A DNA stretch of 64,000 bases from Terriglobia bacterium. Its GTDB lineage: Bacteria; Acidobacteriota; Terriglobia; UBA7540. Position numbers and translations under genes: made by a program. The notes beneath the pieces are model-generated. The model was not told where the DNA came from and ran no database searches. It worked only from the letters and a program-made list of their open reading frames with translations. This document shows positions 36,535 to 45,743 of the stretch, in pieces; within the stretch, counting starts at the first letter, position 1, and each line of letters opens with the position of its first letter. The stretch covers positions 7,065 to 71,064 of the forward strand of contig DASYZE010000042.1 of NCBI GenBank assembly GCA_035946625.1, given 5' to 3'.

Positions 36535-38316
36535 TTATTCCGCCGGCACTATTTCCGGCGAATCCTGCATGATGAAATCCTTCTCGGCGCCGGGTACGCC
36601 AAATTCATAAGCTCCGTGATAGACCACCGGATGTTTTCCGGCAAAATTGTCAAAGGGAGGCGGCGATGGAATTGTCCACTCCAGCGTCGTCGCCTCCCAC
36701 GGATTCTCGGAAGCCTTGCCACCTTTGAACATGCTCCAGAAAAGATTGACCACGAAAATCAGTTGCGCGCCCGCGGTGATGAAGGCCGCATAGGACATGA
36801 ACATGTGCAGGTCAATAATATGCGGCGTATTCAGGAAATCGACTTCCGTGAACTGGGAGTACCTTCGTATGTTGCCCGCCACGCCCAGGAAATGCATGGG
36901 CATGAAGATGCAATAGACACCCACAAAGGTAATCCAGAAATGAATTTTGCCCAGGGTTTCGTTCAGCATGCGGCCAAACATCTTGGGGAACCAGAAAAAC
37001 GTTCCGGCGAACATCCCGAAGATGGCGGCCACGCCCATCACCAGGTGGAAATGGCCGACCACGAAATAGGTGGCGTGCAAAGGAACGTCCACCGGGGGCT
37101 GGGCGAGGAACAATCCACTGAGTCCGCCGCTCACGAAAAGCGAAACGAACCCGATGGAAAACAGCATGGCGGAAGTCATTCGCAGTCTGCCACCCCATAG
37201 CGTTCCCAACCAGTTGAAAGTCTTGATCGCACTCGGCACGCCGATCGCCATGGTCATCATCGAAAAGGCAAAGCCGGAATAGGGGCTCATCCCACTCAGG
37301 AACATGTGGTGACCCCAAACCATAAAGCCGAGGAATCCGATGGCCATCATGGCGTAGACCATGGCCTTGTAACCGAAGATGGGCTTGCGCGAAAAGGTTG
37401 AGATGATGTGCGAGGTCATTCCCATCCCAGGCAGGATGGCGATGTAGACCTCCGGATGGCCGAAAAACCAGAACAAGTGTTGCCAGAGGAGTGGCGACCC
37501 GCCGCTGTGTGGAATGATTTGATCGCTGACCACAAGGCCGGCGGGGATAAAGAAACTGGTGCCGCCCAACCGGTCAAGGAGCAACAAGACGCCGGCGGCC
37601 AGAAGAACGGCGAAAGAAAGAAGCATCAGGACGGCGGTGATCAGCCACGCCCATGCGGTGAGAGGGAGACGGCTCAAGGTCAATCCGCGAGCGCGAAGAT
37701 CCAGGGTGGTGGCGATGAAATTCAGGCTGCCCAAAAGCGAGCCGAGGCAAAAAATAGCAATTGAAACAATCCAGAGGGTCTGGCCCATGCCCTCTCCGGG
37801 CCCGGCGGCGGTGCCGATGGCGCTTAAAGGCGGATACGCCGTCCACCCCGACAAAGGCGGGCCATCGGTGATAAAGAAAGTGCTGAGGAGAACCACAAAG
37901 CCTACAAAAGTCGTCCAGAACGAAAGCATGTTCAGTGTGGGGAAGGCCATATCCTCCGCGCCAAGCTGAATGGGCAATATATAGTTTCCAAACCCGCTTT
38001 GGGGCGCCGTGGTGAGCACAAAGAAAACCATCAGAGTTCCATGCATGGTCATGAGAGAAAGATAATATTCCGGGGTCATCACGCCGCCAGGGGCGCCGTT
38101 AGGAGAGAGCTTTTCGAGCAGCGGCATGTGGGCGCCAGGCCACACCATGTGCCAGCGCATCAAAACGGACAGGATGATGCCCACAAAAACTGACGCCAAC
38201 GCCAGGAAGTAATACTGTTTCCCGATCACCTTGTGATCGAGACTGAAGATGTACTTCCGGATAAAACCGGTGGGCGCCGTGTGATGGTGAACGGCCTCCG
38301 CGTGCGCATCTGCCAT
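36535..38316 (-). CDS. ctaD: cytochrome c oxidase subunit I (A-type heme-copper oxidase)
   Basis: 593 aa with 12+ TM helices. WFFGHPEVYI, the HH pair (VWGHHMF), and VVGHFHLVM His ligands. Confidence 0.95.
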   Translation of the reverse strand: MADAHAEAVHHHTAPTGFIRKYIFSLDHKVIGKQYYFLALASVFVGIILSVLMRWHMVWPGAHMPLLEKLSPNGAPGGVMTPEYYLSLMTMHGTLMVFFVLTTAPQSGFGNYILPIQLGAEDMAFPTLNMLSFWTTFVGFVVLLSTFFITDGPPLSGWTAYPPLSAIGTAAGPGEGMGQTLWIVSIAIFCLGSLLGSLNFIATTLDLRARGLTLSRLPLTAWAWLITAVLMLLSFAVLLAAGVLLLLDRLGGTSFFIPAGLVVSDQIIPHSGGSPLLWQHLFWFFGHPEVYIAILPGMGMTSHIISTFSRKPIFGYKAMVYAMMAIGFLGFMVWGHHMFLSGMSPYSGFAFSMMTMAIGVPSAIKTFNWLGTLWGGRLRMTSAMLFSIGFVSLFVSGGLSGLFLAQPPVDVPLHATYFVVGHFHLVMGVAAIFGMFAGTFFWFPKMFGRMLNETLGKIHFWITFVGVYCIFMPMHFLGVAGNIRRYSQFTEVDFLNTPHIIDLHMFMSYAAFITAGAQLIFVVNLFWSMFKGGKASENPWEATTLEWTIPSPPPFDNFAGKHPVVYHGAYEFGVPGAEKDFIMQDSPEIVPAE

Positions 38317-38331
38317 CTGTTATCTCCCTTT

Positions 38332-38448
38332 CGATATTTGCCGATTGCTCACAGAAGATTTAAGGCTCGGTACGCCAGGTCAGTCAGGTTATTTCAAATA
38401 ATTCACAGCCCGATCAGCTTGGATCTTAAAATCGCCAATCGCAAATCG
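38332..38448. repeat. inverted repeat bracketing the ctaC|ctaD spacer
   Basis: cgatatttgccgattgc (38332-38348) versus aaatcgccaatcgcaaatcg (38428-38448). The arms lie 16 nt from the ctaD start and 8 nt from the ctaC stop. Confidence 0.7.
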
Positions 38449-38455
38449 TTAATTC

Positions 38456-39292
38456 TCACTGCGACGCCGCCTGGTCTTGCAGCCACTTCTCATAATCTGC
38501 TTCGGTCATGACCTTCAAAAATGCCCGCATCTTGTAATGTCCTAGCCCGCAAAGCTGCGTGCAGACGATTTCGTAAGTTCCGTTGGGCAATTTTGGGCTG
38601 CTGCTGTGATTGAGGGCGTCCGGGGTGGTGGTGAAATGGATGGGAATCTCGAGTCCCGGAACCAGGTCCTGGTGCACCCTCAGCTCGCGAACATAGAACG
38701 AATGGCCCACGTCCTTGGAGCGCAGGATCAGCTCGATTTCCCTGTTCACGGGAATGCCCAGCGTGGCGGTCACAATGTCGTCCTTGGCAACGGCGTCGTG
38801 ATCCCGGTCGAGACCAAAGAAATTTCCCGTCGCGTCGTTGATCAGGTTGACGTGGGTGGGACCAAATTGTCCGTCGGGGCCGGGATAGCGAAAGGACCAG
38901 GCGAATTGTTGTCCCTGCGCCTGAATCCTCAGCGCGCCCGGCGCCGCGCCGGTGAAATGCATCGCCGCCCAGATGCGGTAGCCCATCAAATTCAGGCCAA
39001 TAAACAAAATCGCCGCTGCTGTGGTCCACATCGATTCGAGCTTGTTGTTCCCGTGCGAGTAGATGACCTTGCGGCCGTCGCCCCGATCGCGGTACTTGTA
39101 AACGAACCAGGCCAGGCCGAGTTGAGCGAGGACGAAAATGATGCCGCAAAGGGTGAGCGTCAATATGAACTGCTGGTCCACCGCAGCACCGTGGGTTGAA
39201 ATGGAGGGAGGAAACCACCAGATGTGCGCCGCGAATATATATACCGTTACGACCGTGATCAGCGCCACTACCAGCGCGAAGGCCAGCGCCAT
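38456..39292 (-). CDS. ctaC: cytochrome c oxidase subunit II (CuA, no fused cytochrome c domain)
   Basis: Two N-terminal TM helices and a CuA site (H...CTQLCGLGHYKM). The protein ends about 25 aa after the CuA motif and has no CxxCH. Confidence 0.9.
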   Translation of the reverse strand: MALAFALVVALITVVTVYIFAAHIWWFPPSISTHGAAVDQQFILTLTLCGIIFVLAQLGLAWFVYKYRDRGDGRKVIYSHGNNKLESMWTTAAAILFIGLNLMGYRIWAAMHFTGAAPGALRIQAQGQQFAWSFRYPGPDGQFGPTHVNLINDATGNFFGLDRDHDAVAKDDIVTATLGIPVNREIELILRSKDVGHSFYVRELRVHQDLVPGLEIPIHFTTTPDALNHSSSPKLPNGTYEIVCTQLCGLGHYKMRAFLKVMTEADYEKWLQDQAASQ

Positions 39293-39306
39293 AAGTTCTC
39301 CTCTTC

Positions 39307-39471
39307 AAAAGTAGACAGTAAACAGTAGTCTGTAGACAGGGTTACGGAATTGTTTTTATAGCTCAAGACTCAGGGCTGATTTCCAAGCACACTCCACGGC
39401 GCGAATCTCATCGATCCGGTCTTGTTTGTTGCTCTTCCCAGTCTACTGTATACGGTCTTCTGTCTACTTTT
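39307..39471. repeat. inverted word-repeats bracketing the cupredoxin|ctaC spacer
   Basis: aaaagtagacagtaaacagtagtctgtagacag (39307-39339) versus cagtctactgtatacggtcttctgtctactttt (39439-39471). The terminal 12 nt are perfectly complementary. Confidence 0.8.
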
Positions 39472-39475
39472 CTAT

Positions 39476-40258
39476 TCAGCCCTTGAAACTAAAGTCCACC
39501 GTCTTTGATTCCTTGGGTGCCACGGTTACTTTTTGTTCTTGCGTCCCAAAAGTGGCTGACCATGCCCCGAGGGTATAGTCGCCCGGAGGAAGCCCTTTAA
39601 TCGTGAACGTGCCATCGCTCCCTGAAACTGCGAAGAGAGGATTCTTGGTCACTCCGATGTAAGCCCTCATCCAGGGGTGTTGGTTGCACTTTACCGGGAT
39701 CATGATTTCCGAGCGGGCAAACGTCTTATCCAGCGCCGGTGCGCCGGGGGCCTGGGACTCATTCCACTCGCGATTGTCCTTGGGCTGCGGGTGGATATTG
39801 TGCGTGGTGGCATCACTGCTGACGATGTGCAGCGTCTGGTCCACTTGCACCCCCACCACGTGGGGTTGGTACATGCAGCCATTCTGGTCCAGGGTCACGG
39901 CCTCGGTAGGCGTGGGCCAGGCGTATTTGTCCGCCCCATCTTTCACATAAACGAAAACGTTGGGCAGCGTTCCATTTTCATTTACTTCGCCGTCTTCCAC
40001 GTGGACAGGGGACTTGTGCTTGGCCACGCACACCGGGTCCTGATCCATATGAATCACGGCCAGCTTGGGCTTGGCGCCGGTAAAAGTAATTTTACCCGTC
40101 ACCGTACCCACCGTGGCTTGATCGACAGGCGTACCTGCAGGCGCGGTGGCGGTCGCCGCCGGCTGCTCGGTGGTTTCCGGCGCCTTCTCGCTGCTACAGC
40201 CAAACATTAAAATCGTTGTGGCGATAATCGAGAACCCTATCATCAATTTCTTGTTCAT
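39476..40258 (-). CDS. lipoprotein with an amicyanin-like type-1 copper (cupredoxin) domain fused to a CarboxypepD_reg-like beta-sandwich
   Basis: Lipobox LMFGC. THNIH-(34 aa)-CNQHPWM parallels amicyanin PHNVH-(35 aa)-CTPHPFM (His/Cys/His/Met ligands). The C-terminus GTFTIKGLPPGDYTL is CarboxypepD_reg-like. Confidence 0.7.
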   Translation of the reverse strand: MNKKLMIGFSIIATTILMFGCSSEKAPETTEQPAATATAPAGTPVDQATVGTVTGKITFTGAKPKLAVIHMDQDPVCVAKHKSPVHVEDGEVNENGTLPNVFVYVKDGADKYAWPTPTEAVTLDQNGCMYQPHVVGVQVDQTLHIVSSDATTHNIHPQPKDNREWNESQAPGAPALDKTFARSEIMIPVKCNQHPWMRAYIGVTKNPLFAVSGSDGTFTIKGLPPGDYTLGAWSATFGTQEQKVTVAPKESKTVDFSFKG

Positions 40259-40309
40259 GTTTTAAAACCTTCCTATCAAATTAGATTTGTCCGAATCATT
40301 ATCGCGCCA

Positions 40310-43300
40310 TTAATGAGCTTTTACCAGCATTCCGATCAGCGTTGGCCGGGCATGGGCATTCGGTCCTTCCTGTTTCTCGGTCGTCTGCTTCATGCTGTTC
40401 GCACTGAGTCCGGTGAGTTTGCGTTGTTCTTCCGGCGTAATCTCAAACATATAACGAACCAGCAGGTCGGCCTGATCGCCCGTATATCCGTTGAAGATGG
40501 GGGGCGTGGGGCCGGCAAAAACATTGTGCCCATCCTGGGTCTTAAAGAGACCGGAGGGCATGGCGGTGCCCGGGCTGATCATGGCCGGGTCGAGAATCCA
40601 ATGCTTGGTCCAATCCGGCTTCAACCGCTCCGGCGCCAGCAGGAAATTGGGCGCGGTGGCAAATTTATCGTGGGTCGCATCGCCCGTGGCGTGGCACTTC
40701 AGGCACGGAGCCGCCCGGCTGGTGAACAGCGCTCGCGCCATTTCCAATTCCTTGGGAGTCAATGGATCGAGCCGGGGCGAAATGTATGGCATAGGTTGGC
40801 TGGACATGGCTTGGAAGAATCTCACCAGTTTGCGCACTTCGATGGGTGAGAAGTAGAAAGTCGGCATCCTGACTTTCAGGTACGGACGCACGCCGTCGCG
40901 ATCCGTGTCCGTGTCGCTCATGGCGGGATTGGAAAGGAACTTCGCCAGCCATTCCGGATTTACCCGCGCCCCTTCGGTGAGCAATTTGGGCGGAAGCTGA
41001 TCCTTCCATTCCGGCGTTTGATAGCGCGGGATATCCATCAGCACCGAATCCTGGCCCACTTTGAATTGGTGGCAGCCCTCGCAATTGTATTTCTTGACCA
41101 GCCACCATCCGTCTTGAACGTCCCGGCGCTGATCGGCGGGCAGATACCAATAGCGTTGGGGAATTTCCGAAGTCACGCTGCCCATCAGGAAAGTGGTGAG
41201 TTCGGAAATCTGCTTTTGGTCGGCGGGCGCCAGGTCGGGCATGCCTTCCGTCACTTTGGAGCTGACGGGCTCGAAGAAGTCGGGCATTTTCAGTTCTTCT
41301 GCTTCCGTCTTAATCATGCCCTTGTCATACATTTCCGGCTTGGCCAGCTTGTGTTCGAAAAAGCCCTTGTGGCTGTACCAATCTTCGTTCTTGGCTTCGC
41401 GAATGTAGAGGGCAAAGTCAATCTGCTCCAGAGGCTTGCTGCCTTCAGCGGTAAGCTCCGTCCCGATTCTCCCTTCGTCTTCCATACCCTCAATTTCGTG
41501 GCAGCCCGCGCAACCATAAAACCGGATTTTCTTTTTGCCCTCTTCCTTCAACTTCGGATTGTTCATGAAGGGCGCCGCGGCGTAGGTCGCATCCGGGCGC
41601 TTGAGAGTCTCGAGGTAACTGGCGATGTCCCGCGCTTCATCCCAGGAGAGTCGCAGGTTGGGCATCACCGTCATCTGCTCCACCACCATCTCGTGGCCGT
41701 CGTTCGGACACTTGGTGTGGTTTAAGTCAAACGTGTAAGGCGGCAGGCCGTGCTTCTTGTAATCTTCATCCGTAATATCTCTTTTCTCAAAGGGGCAATA
41801 AGGGCGGGTGCGCTCGCGCGGGTTATGAATCCAGCGCACCAGGAAATCGTAATTGTCCTTTTCACCCACCCGGGTCAAGTTGGCGGCGAACCAGCCGCCC
41901 ACCTGGTTGGCGCCTTCGCCCACCGAGTGGCAGCCCATGCAGCCGCGCGTCTCAAAGCTTTCCTTGCCCTTCACCGGATCGCCCGGCGCCTGGTGAGACA
42001 GGGTGGTCTGAATCGCCGTCTGCCAAAGGTAAGCGGAAATATCCTCAATGTCGTCATCGTCCAAGCGGAATCGGGGCATCTTGGTGGTGGGCCGCCAGGC
42101 GTGAGGATTCTTCAGCCACACCGGAATCCATTCCGGCCGAATCTTTACCCGGACTTCCTTCAAGTCCGGGCCGACTTTCTTGCGGCCCATCATCAGGTAC
42201 TTGGCTTTCACTTCGAGCTGGTCCAACTGCATGGAAACCTTGCTGGAGGCGACCCGCAGCGCGTCCGCATCGGTGTAATCCTGGCGCGCGGTCGCGTTGT
42301 CGGCAGCGTGGTCGCCCGCGTCGATATCCCGCTGCGCGTTGCGCAGATCATCGGCGCGTTCCGTTTCCATCTGCAAAATTTGCTGCTGATTGGCGACGAG
42401 ATCTTCGGGCTCCGAATCGTATCCCTGGAAGCGATGGCAGCCGATGCAGCCTTTCCACTGGAGAAGCCGCTTGCCCTCGGTCAACTCCGGCGCGTGGTCC
42501 ACGACCATGTCGGACGCGTGGCACTGCTGGCAGCCGGCCTGCATGTTGGCTTTGTGGTAGAGCGGCCAAAGCCAGTGCTCGTATTCTCCGTGGCCCATCG
42601 CCACGCTATCCACTTGCATCCCGTTGCCGTTATGGCACGGCGTGCAGCCATATTTATCCGGATCGTGAATTTGAAGCAACTCCATGTCCGGATGGCTGGT
42701 GAACGCCGCGGACATGGGATCCTTATCGCCGCCCATATTCTGGCGGGTCAGCAGCACCGGCTCGCGAATCCCCAGGTGGCACGATTCGCAACGGTCCACA
42801 ACTCCGGCGTCCGGGATGTTGATCTGCTTAATCTCGATGGCCATCGTCTCGGCCTTATTCAGCAATCCCCGCAACTGCTCGGCGCTGAGGCCATTCAAAT
42901 GGTCGTGGAGATAGGCCCTAAGTTTTTTCGCCGCCTCGCCCTGAGGCTTCAGGATGTCACCTTCCTGCTGCTGCAGTTTCCCTTTTTCGGTCTGTAGGTT
43001 GGCGAACTCGTTTTCCAGCTCCTCGAAGGTGAACGTTTTCCCGGCGAAGGAAGGCCCGTTGAGCGTGAATGGGCCCTTCTTGTACATATCCAGATTGTGT
43101 TCCAGCGACGTTCTGCCCGGCCCGTCGGGGGTATGCTCGGCCACATAGATCATGGACCCGACCCGGGCCCGCTCGTTGGTCAATGTCCCGAGAACCGCGG
43201 CAATTTTGCCGTCAATGGCGGCGGTCTGCTCGTGGATTTGCGTCAGTTGTGGCGCAGCCGCGTCATGCGCGTCCTTCACTTGTTTTTCCAGCGCCTGGTA

Positions 43301-43534
43301 GTCGGGAGAATTCTCGATGGCCTTTTCAGCTTTTTCCTGCCGGGGAATCTCTTTTTTCAGGAGGGACGCGTAAAGCGTGGCAAATCGACGCTCGTAACCC
43401 TTCCACGGCCTCAGGCCGAAGAACTCGTCGTAGAGCGACCAGCTCAAACTGAAGATCAGGAGGAACGCCGCGATCACAAAATAGCCGGCCAGCGAACGGC
43501 CAACAATAGGGTCTTTCTCGGGGGCGTCAGGCAA
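40310..43534 (-). CDS. membrane-anchored octaheme c-type cytochrome (1074 aa)
   Basis: N-terminal TM helix plus a coiled region. Eight CxxCH: CESCH, CTPCH, CQQCH, CIGCH, CMGCH, CAGCH, CEGCH, CLKCH. Several class-I-like modules end in MPxF/L...YL. Confidence 0.85.
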   Translation of the reverse strand: MPDAPEKDPIVGRSLAGYFVIAAFLLIFSLSWSLYDEFFGLRPWKGYERRFATLYASLLKKEIPRQEKAEKAIENSPDYQALEKQVKDAHDAAAPQLTQIHEQTAAIDGKIAAVLGTLTNERARVGSMIYVAEHTPDGPGRTSLEHNLDMYKKGPFTLNGPSFAGKTFTFEELENEFANLQTEKGKLQQQEGDILKPQGEAAKKLRAYLHDHLNGLSAEQLRGLLNKAETMAIEIKQINIPDAGVVDRCESCHLGIREPVLLTRQNMGGDKDPMSAAFTSHPDMELLQIHDPDKYGCTPCHNGNGMQVDSVAMGHGEYEHWLWPLYHKANMQAGCQQCHASDMVVDHAPELTEGKRLLQWKGCIGCHRFQGYDSEPEDLVANQQQILQMETERADDLRNAQRDIDAGDHAADNATARQDYTDADALRVASSKVSMQLDQLEVKAKYLMMGRKKVGPDLKEVRVKIRPEWIPVWLKNPHAWRPTTKMPRFRLDDDDIEDISAYLWQTAIQTTLSHQAPGDPVKGKESFETRGCMGCHSVGEGANQVGGWFAANLTRVGEKDNYDFLVRWIHNPRERTRPYCPFEKRDITDEDYKKHGLPPYTFDLNHTKCPNDGHEMVVEQMTVMPNLRLSWDEARDIASYLETLKRPDATYAAAPFMNNPKLKEEGKKKIRFYGCAGCHEIEGMEDEGRIGTELTAEGSKPLEQIDFALYIREAKNEDWYSHKGFFEHKLAKPEMYDKGMIKTEAEELKMPDFFEPVSSKVTEGMPDLAPADQKQISELTTFLMGSVTSEIPQRYWYLPADQRRDVQDGWWLVKKYNCEGCHQFKVGQDSVLMDIPRYQTPEWKDQLPPKLLTEGARVNPEWLAKFLSNPAMSDTDTDRDGVRPYLKVRMPTFYFSPIEVRKLVRFFQAMSSQPMPYISPRLDPLTPKELEMARALFTSRAAPCLKCHATGDATHDKFATAPNFLLAPERLKPDWTKHWILDPAMISPGTAMPSGLFKTQDGHNVFAGPTPPIFNGYTGDQADLLVRYMFEITPEEQRKLTGLSANSMKQTTEKQEGPNAHARPTLIGMLVKAH

Positions 43535-43567
43535 AGCACTGCTCCTCAGGCGGATAAATTTCGGATG

Positions 43568-44509
43568 CTAAACGTTAAACCACCACGTGACCCAGACGTA
43601 CTTGATGCGAAACACCAGCCGCAAAATCATCTTGACGGGCAACAACAGCATGGTGATCAAGAAAAACTGCAAGGTGAGGTACTGGATCAAGCTCATCCTC
43701 TGGTAAATCTTTCGGCTGAATTCCGTCAGGGTAATGACCCGGTGAAATAAGTAGCCGGCGGCGCCAAAATACAGGCCCATCACGATGGCGCCAAACACCG
43801 CCTTGCCCGCCATGGTGGTGATGCCAAAGATGTCGGGCAAATCGCGATTGACTTCATACACCACCCGGCTCGGATCCCAAGTCTGTCCCGGCCAGAACCA
43901 CATCCACCCCGGGCCTCGAATAAACGTCCCCACCAGAACCATCAGGACCCAGAGAAAAAGGAAGCCAAAACAGAAGGTGGCGATGGAAAACCGGCGCTGC
44001 TTCCAAGTGTAGTACCCCGAGCCCAATGGATTGGTATCCACATACGGGATAATCATCAGCCCGAGAACGATCAAGGTGGGCATCACCACGCCCGCGATCC
44101 AGGGATCGAAATAAACCAGCATCTCCTGAAGTCCCAGGAAATACCACGGCGCCTTGGCGGGGTTCATGGTCAGGTTGGGATTCGCCAGTTCTTCCAGGGG
44201 AGCGTTGAGCGTAATCGACCAGACAAACAAAATAATGGTGACTATTATGGCCGCCAGAAATTCCACCCGCATCAGGTACGGCCAGGTCTGGAGTTCCTTG
44301 GCCCAGCCCGACTTCCACGGATAATTTTTCCGGTGGGCGGTTTTGGCCAGTTGGGGATCGCTCTCGAGCTGCGCAATCAGGCGGTCATTGGCAAAAGCCT
44401 GGCGGAAAGCCATCCAGCAGAAAAATGGGATTAGGAAAATGAGCGCGACAATCGGAATATTATCCGGCGCCGAGCTGATTTCCCAAAGTTGGTGCCAGTC
44501 AAAACCCAT
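43568..44509 (-). CDS. cytochrome b C-terminal half (b6f subunit IV-like), extended
   Basis: PAKAPWYFLGLQEML corresponds to the PEWY/Qo motif of the cytochrome b C-terminal domain or subunit IV. Extra TM helices at both ends. Confidence 0.8.
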   Translation of the reverse strand: MGFDWHQLWEISSAPDNIPIVALIFLIPFFCWMAFRQAFANDRLIAQLESDPQLAKTAHRKNYPWKSGWAKELQTWPYLMRVEFLAAIIVTIILFVWSITLNAPLEELANPNLTMNPAKAPWYFLGLQEMLVYFDPWIAGVVMPTLIVLGLMIIPYVDTNPLGSGYYTWKQRRFSIATFCFGFLFLWVLMVLVGTFIRGPGWMWFWPGQTWDPSRVVYEVNRDLPDIFGITTMAGKAVFGAIVMGLYFGAAGYLFHRVITLTEFSRKIYQRMSLIQYLTLQFFLITMLLLPVKMILRLVFRIKYVWVTWWFNV

Positions 44510-44530
44510 ACCATGACCTCAAGTCTCGAA

Positions 44531-44643
44531 AGTAGGTGGTAGGTGGAATGTGGTATGTAGGGATTCCAAACCCATGTGGTCCACAGAACCCAAGTACAAC
44601 CTTCCGCGGCCTTCCCTGCCTACCACCTGCCACCTACCCCTAC
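44531..44643. repeat. inverted word-repeats bracketing the cyt b|subunit IV spacer
   Basis: agtaggtggtaggtggaatgtggtatgtaggg (44531-44562) versus ccctgcctaccacctgccacctacccctac (44614-44643). Shares aggtggtaggt and ggaatgtgg with 25654-25680. Confidence 0.8.
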
Positions 44644-45547
44644 AATTTCCTCTCCGGCTTGATCTCCGACTCCAGCATCACGGGCGCCGGGCCGGAAATT
44701 CCACCGTCTTTTCGCACCCGCCAGAAATGCACGCCCATAAAAGTTCCGGCAATCAGCGGGATGGCAATGCAGTGCCAAATGTAAGCGCGCAGCAGCGCAT
44801 TGGCATCCACAATCGACCCGCCCAGGAGGGCAAAGCGGACGTCATTATAAGGAGTCATCCCCAACTGCCGCCCCAGCGGTCCCTGGTAGCCCAAGCCGGG
44901 CGTATTCTGCGCCATGGTGGTTCCCACCGTCACCGCCCAGAATCCCAGTTGGTCGTCGGGCAGAAGATAGCCGGTGAAGGAGAGCAGCAGGGTCAGCACC
45001 AACAGGACCACGCCCACGCACCAATTGAATTCGCGCGGCTTCTTGTAAGAGCCGGTGAGGAAGACGCGGAACATGTGCAGCCACACGGCGATGACCATCA
45101 GGTGGGCAGCCCAGCGGTGCATGTTGCGCAAAAGCTTTCCGAACGGGACGTCGGCCATCAGGTAAATGATGTCGTTGTAAGCCTGCCCCTTGGTGGGGTG
45201 GTAGTAGAACATCAGCAGGACGCCAGTGATGGTGAGAACGATGAAAAGATAAAATGTGATGCCGCCCATGCCCCAAGTGTAGTTGTAACGGACTGCGTCC
45301 CGATTCACCTTGGCGGGGTGGAGATGCAGGAAGACGTTGGAGAGGACTCCTAGGGCCCGGCTGCGCTCGCTCTCGTCGTGCTTGACGCGAAAAATTGATT
45401 TATAAAGTTGGGTCTTTTCGGGCTTCTTGAGCGCTTCTGCTTCTTCGATGACCCTCTCCTTCAAGGCCTTCGTGTCACTGAGAAGCTTCTCCACAAAACC
45501 GGGCGACTCTTTCTTTTCGGGAACCTCGGGGCTTGGACGATCAGCCA
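44640..45547 (-). CDS. cytochrome b N-terminal half (b6-like, four-helix di-heme core)
   Basis: His pairs in RNMHRWAAHLMVIAVWLHMF and AYIWHCIAIPL...GVHFWRV. The heme ci Cys position reads WGMGG (no Cys). ATG 45547 preferred. Confidence 0.9.
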
Positions 45548-45563
45548 TGAATCTCCTCAAGAC

Positions 45564-45736
45564 TAATGACGAGAGATGAGTGACGAGCATGGACCGGAAG
45601 CTTTTGGTGTTCGCCGATCAATGCGTTACCTTCACACGTTTGCTTCTCGAAATTACTGACTTAAAAAGCCTGGCTCTGTTGGGTAAAGGTGTTTTCTTAT
45701 TTCCTGCCCGTCACTTGTCACTCTTCACTGGTCACT
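45564..45736. repeat. inverted word-repeats bracketing the Rieske|cyt b spacer
   Basis: aatgacgagagatgagtgacgag (45564-45586) versus cgtcacttgtcactcttcactggtcactg (45708-45736). Confidence 0.75.
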
Positions 45737-45743
45737 GCTTTTC

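Noticed and set aside
38490-39308. 272-aa alternative-frame ORF overlapping ctaC on the same strand.
   Set aside because: The ctaC frame carries the CuA motif and TM helices. The alternative frame is Arg/Gly/Pro-rich with no motifs.
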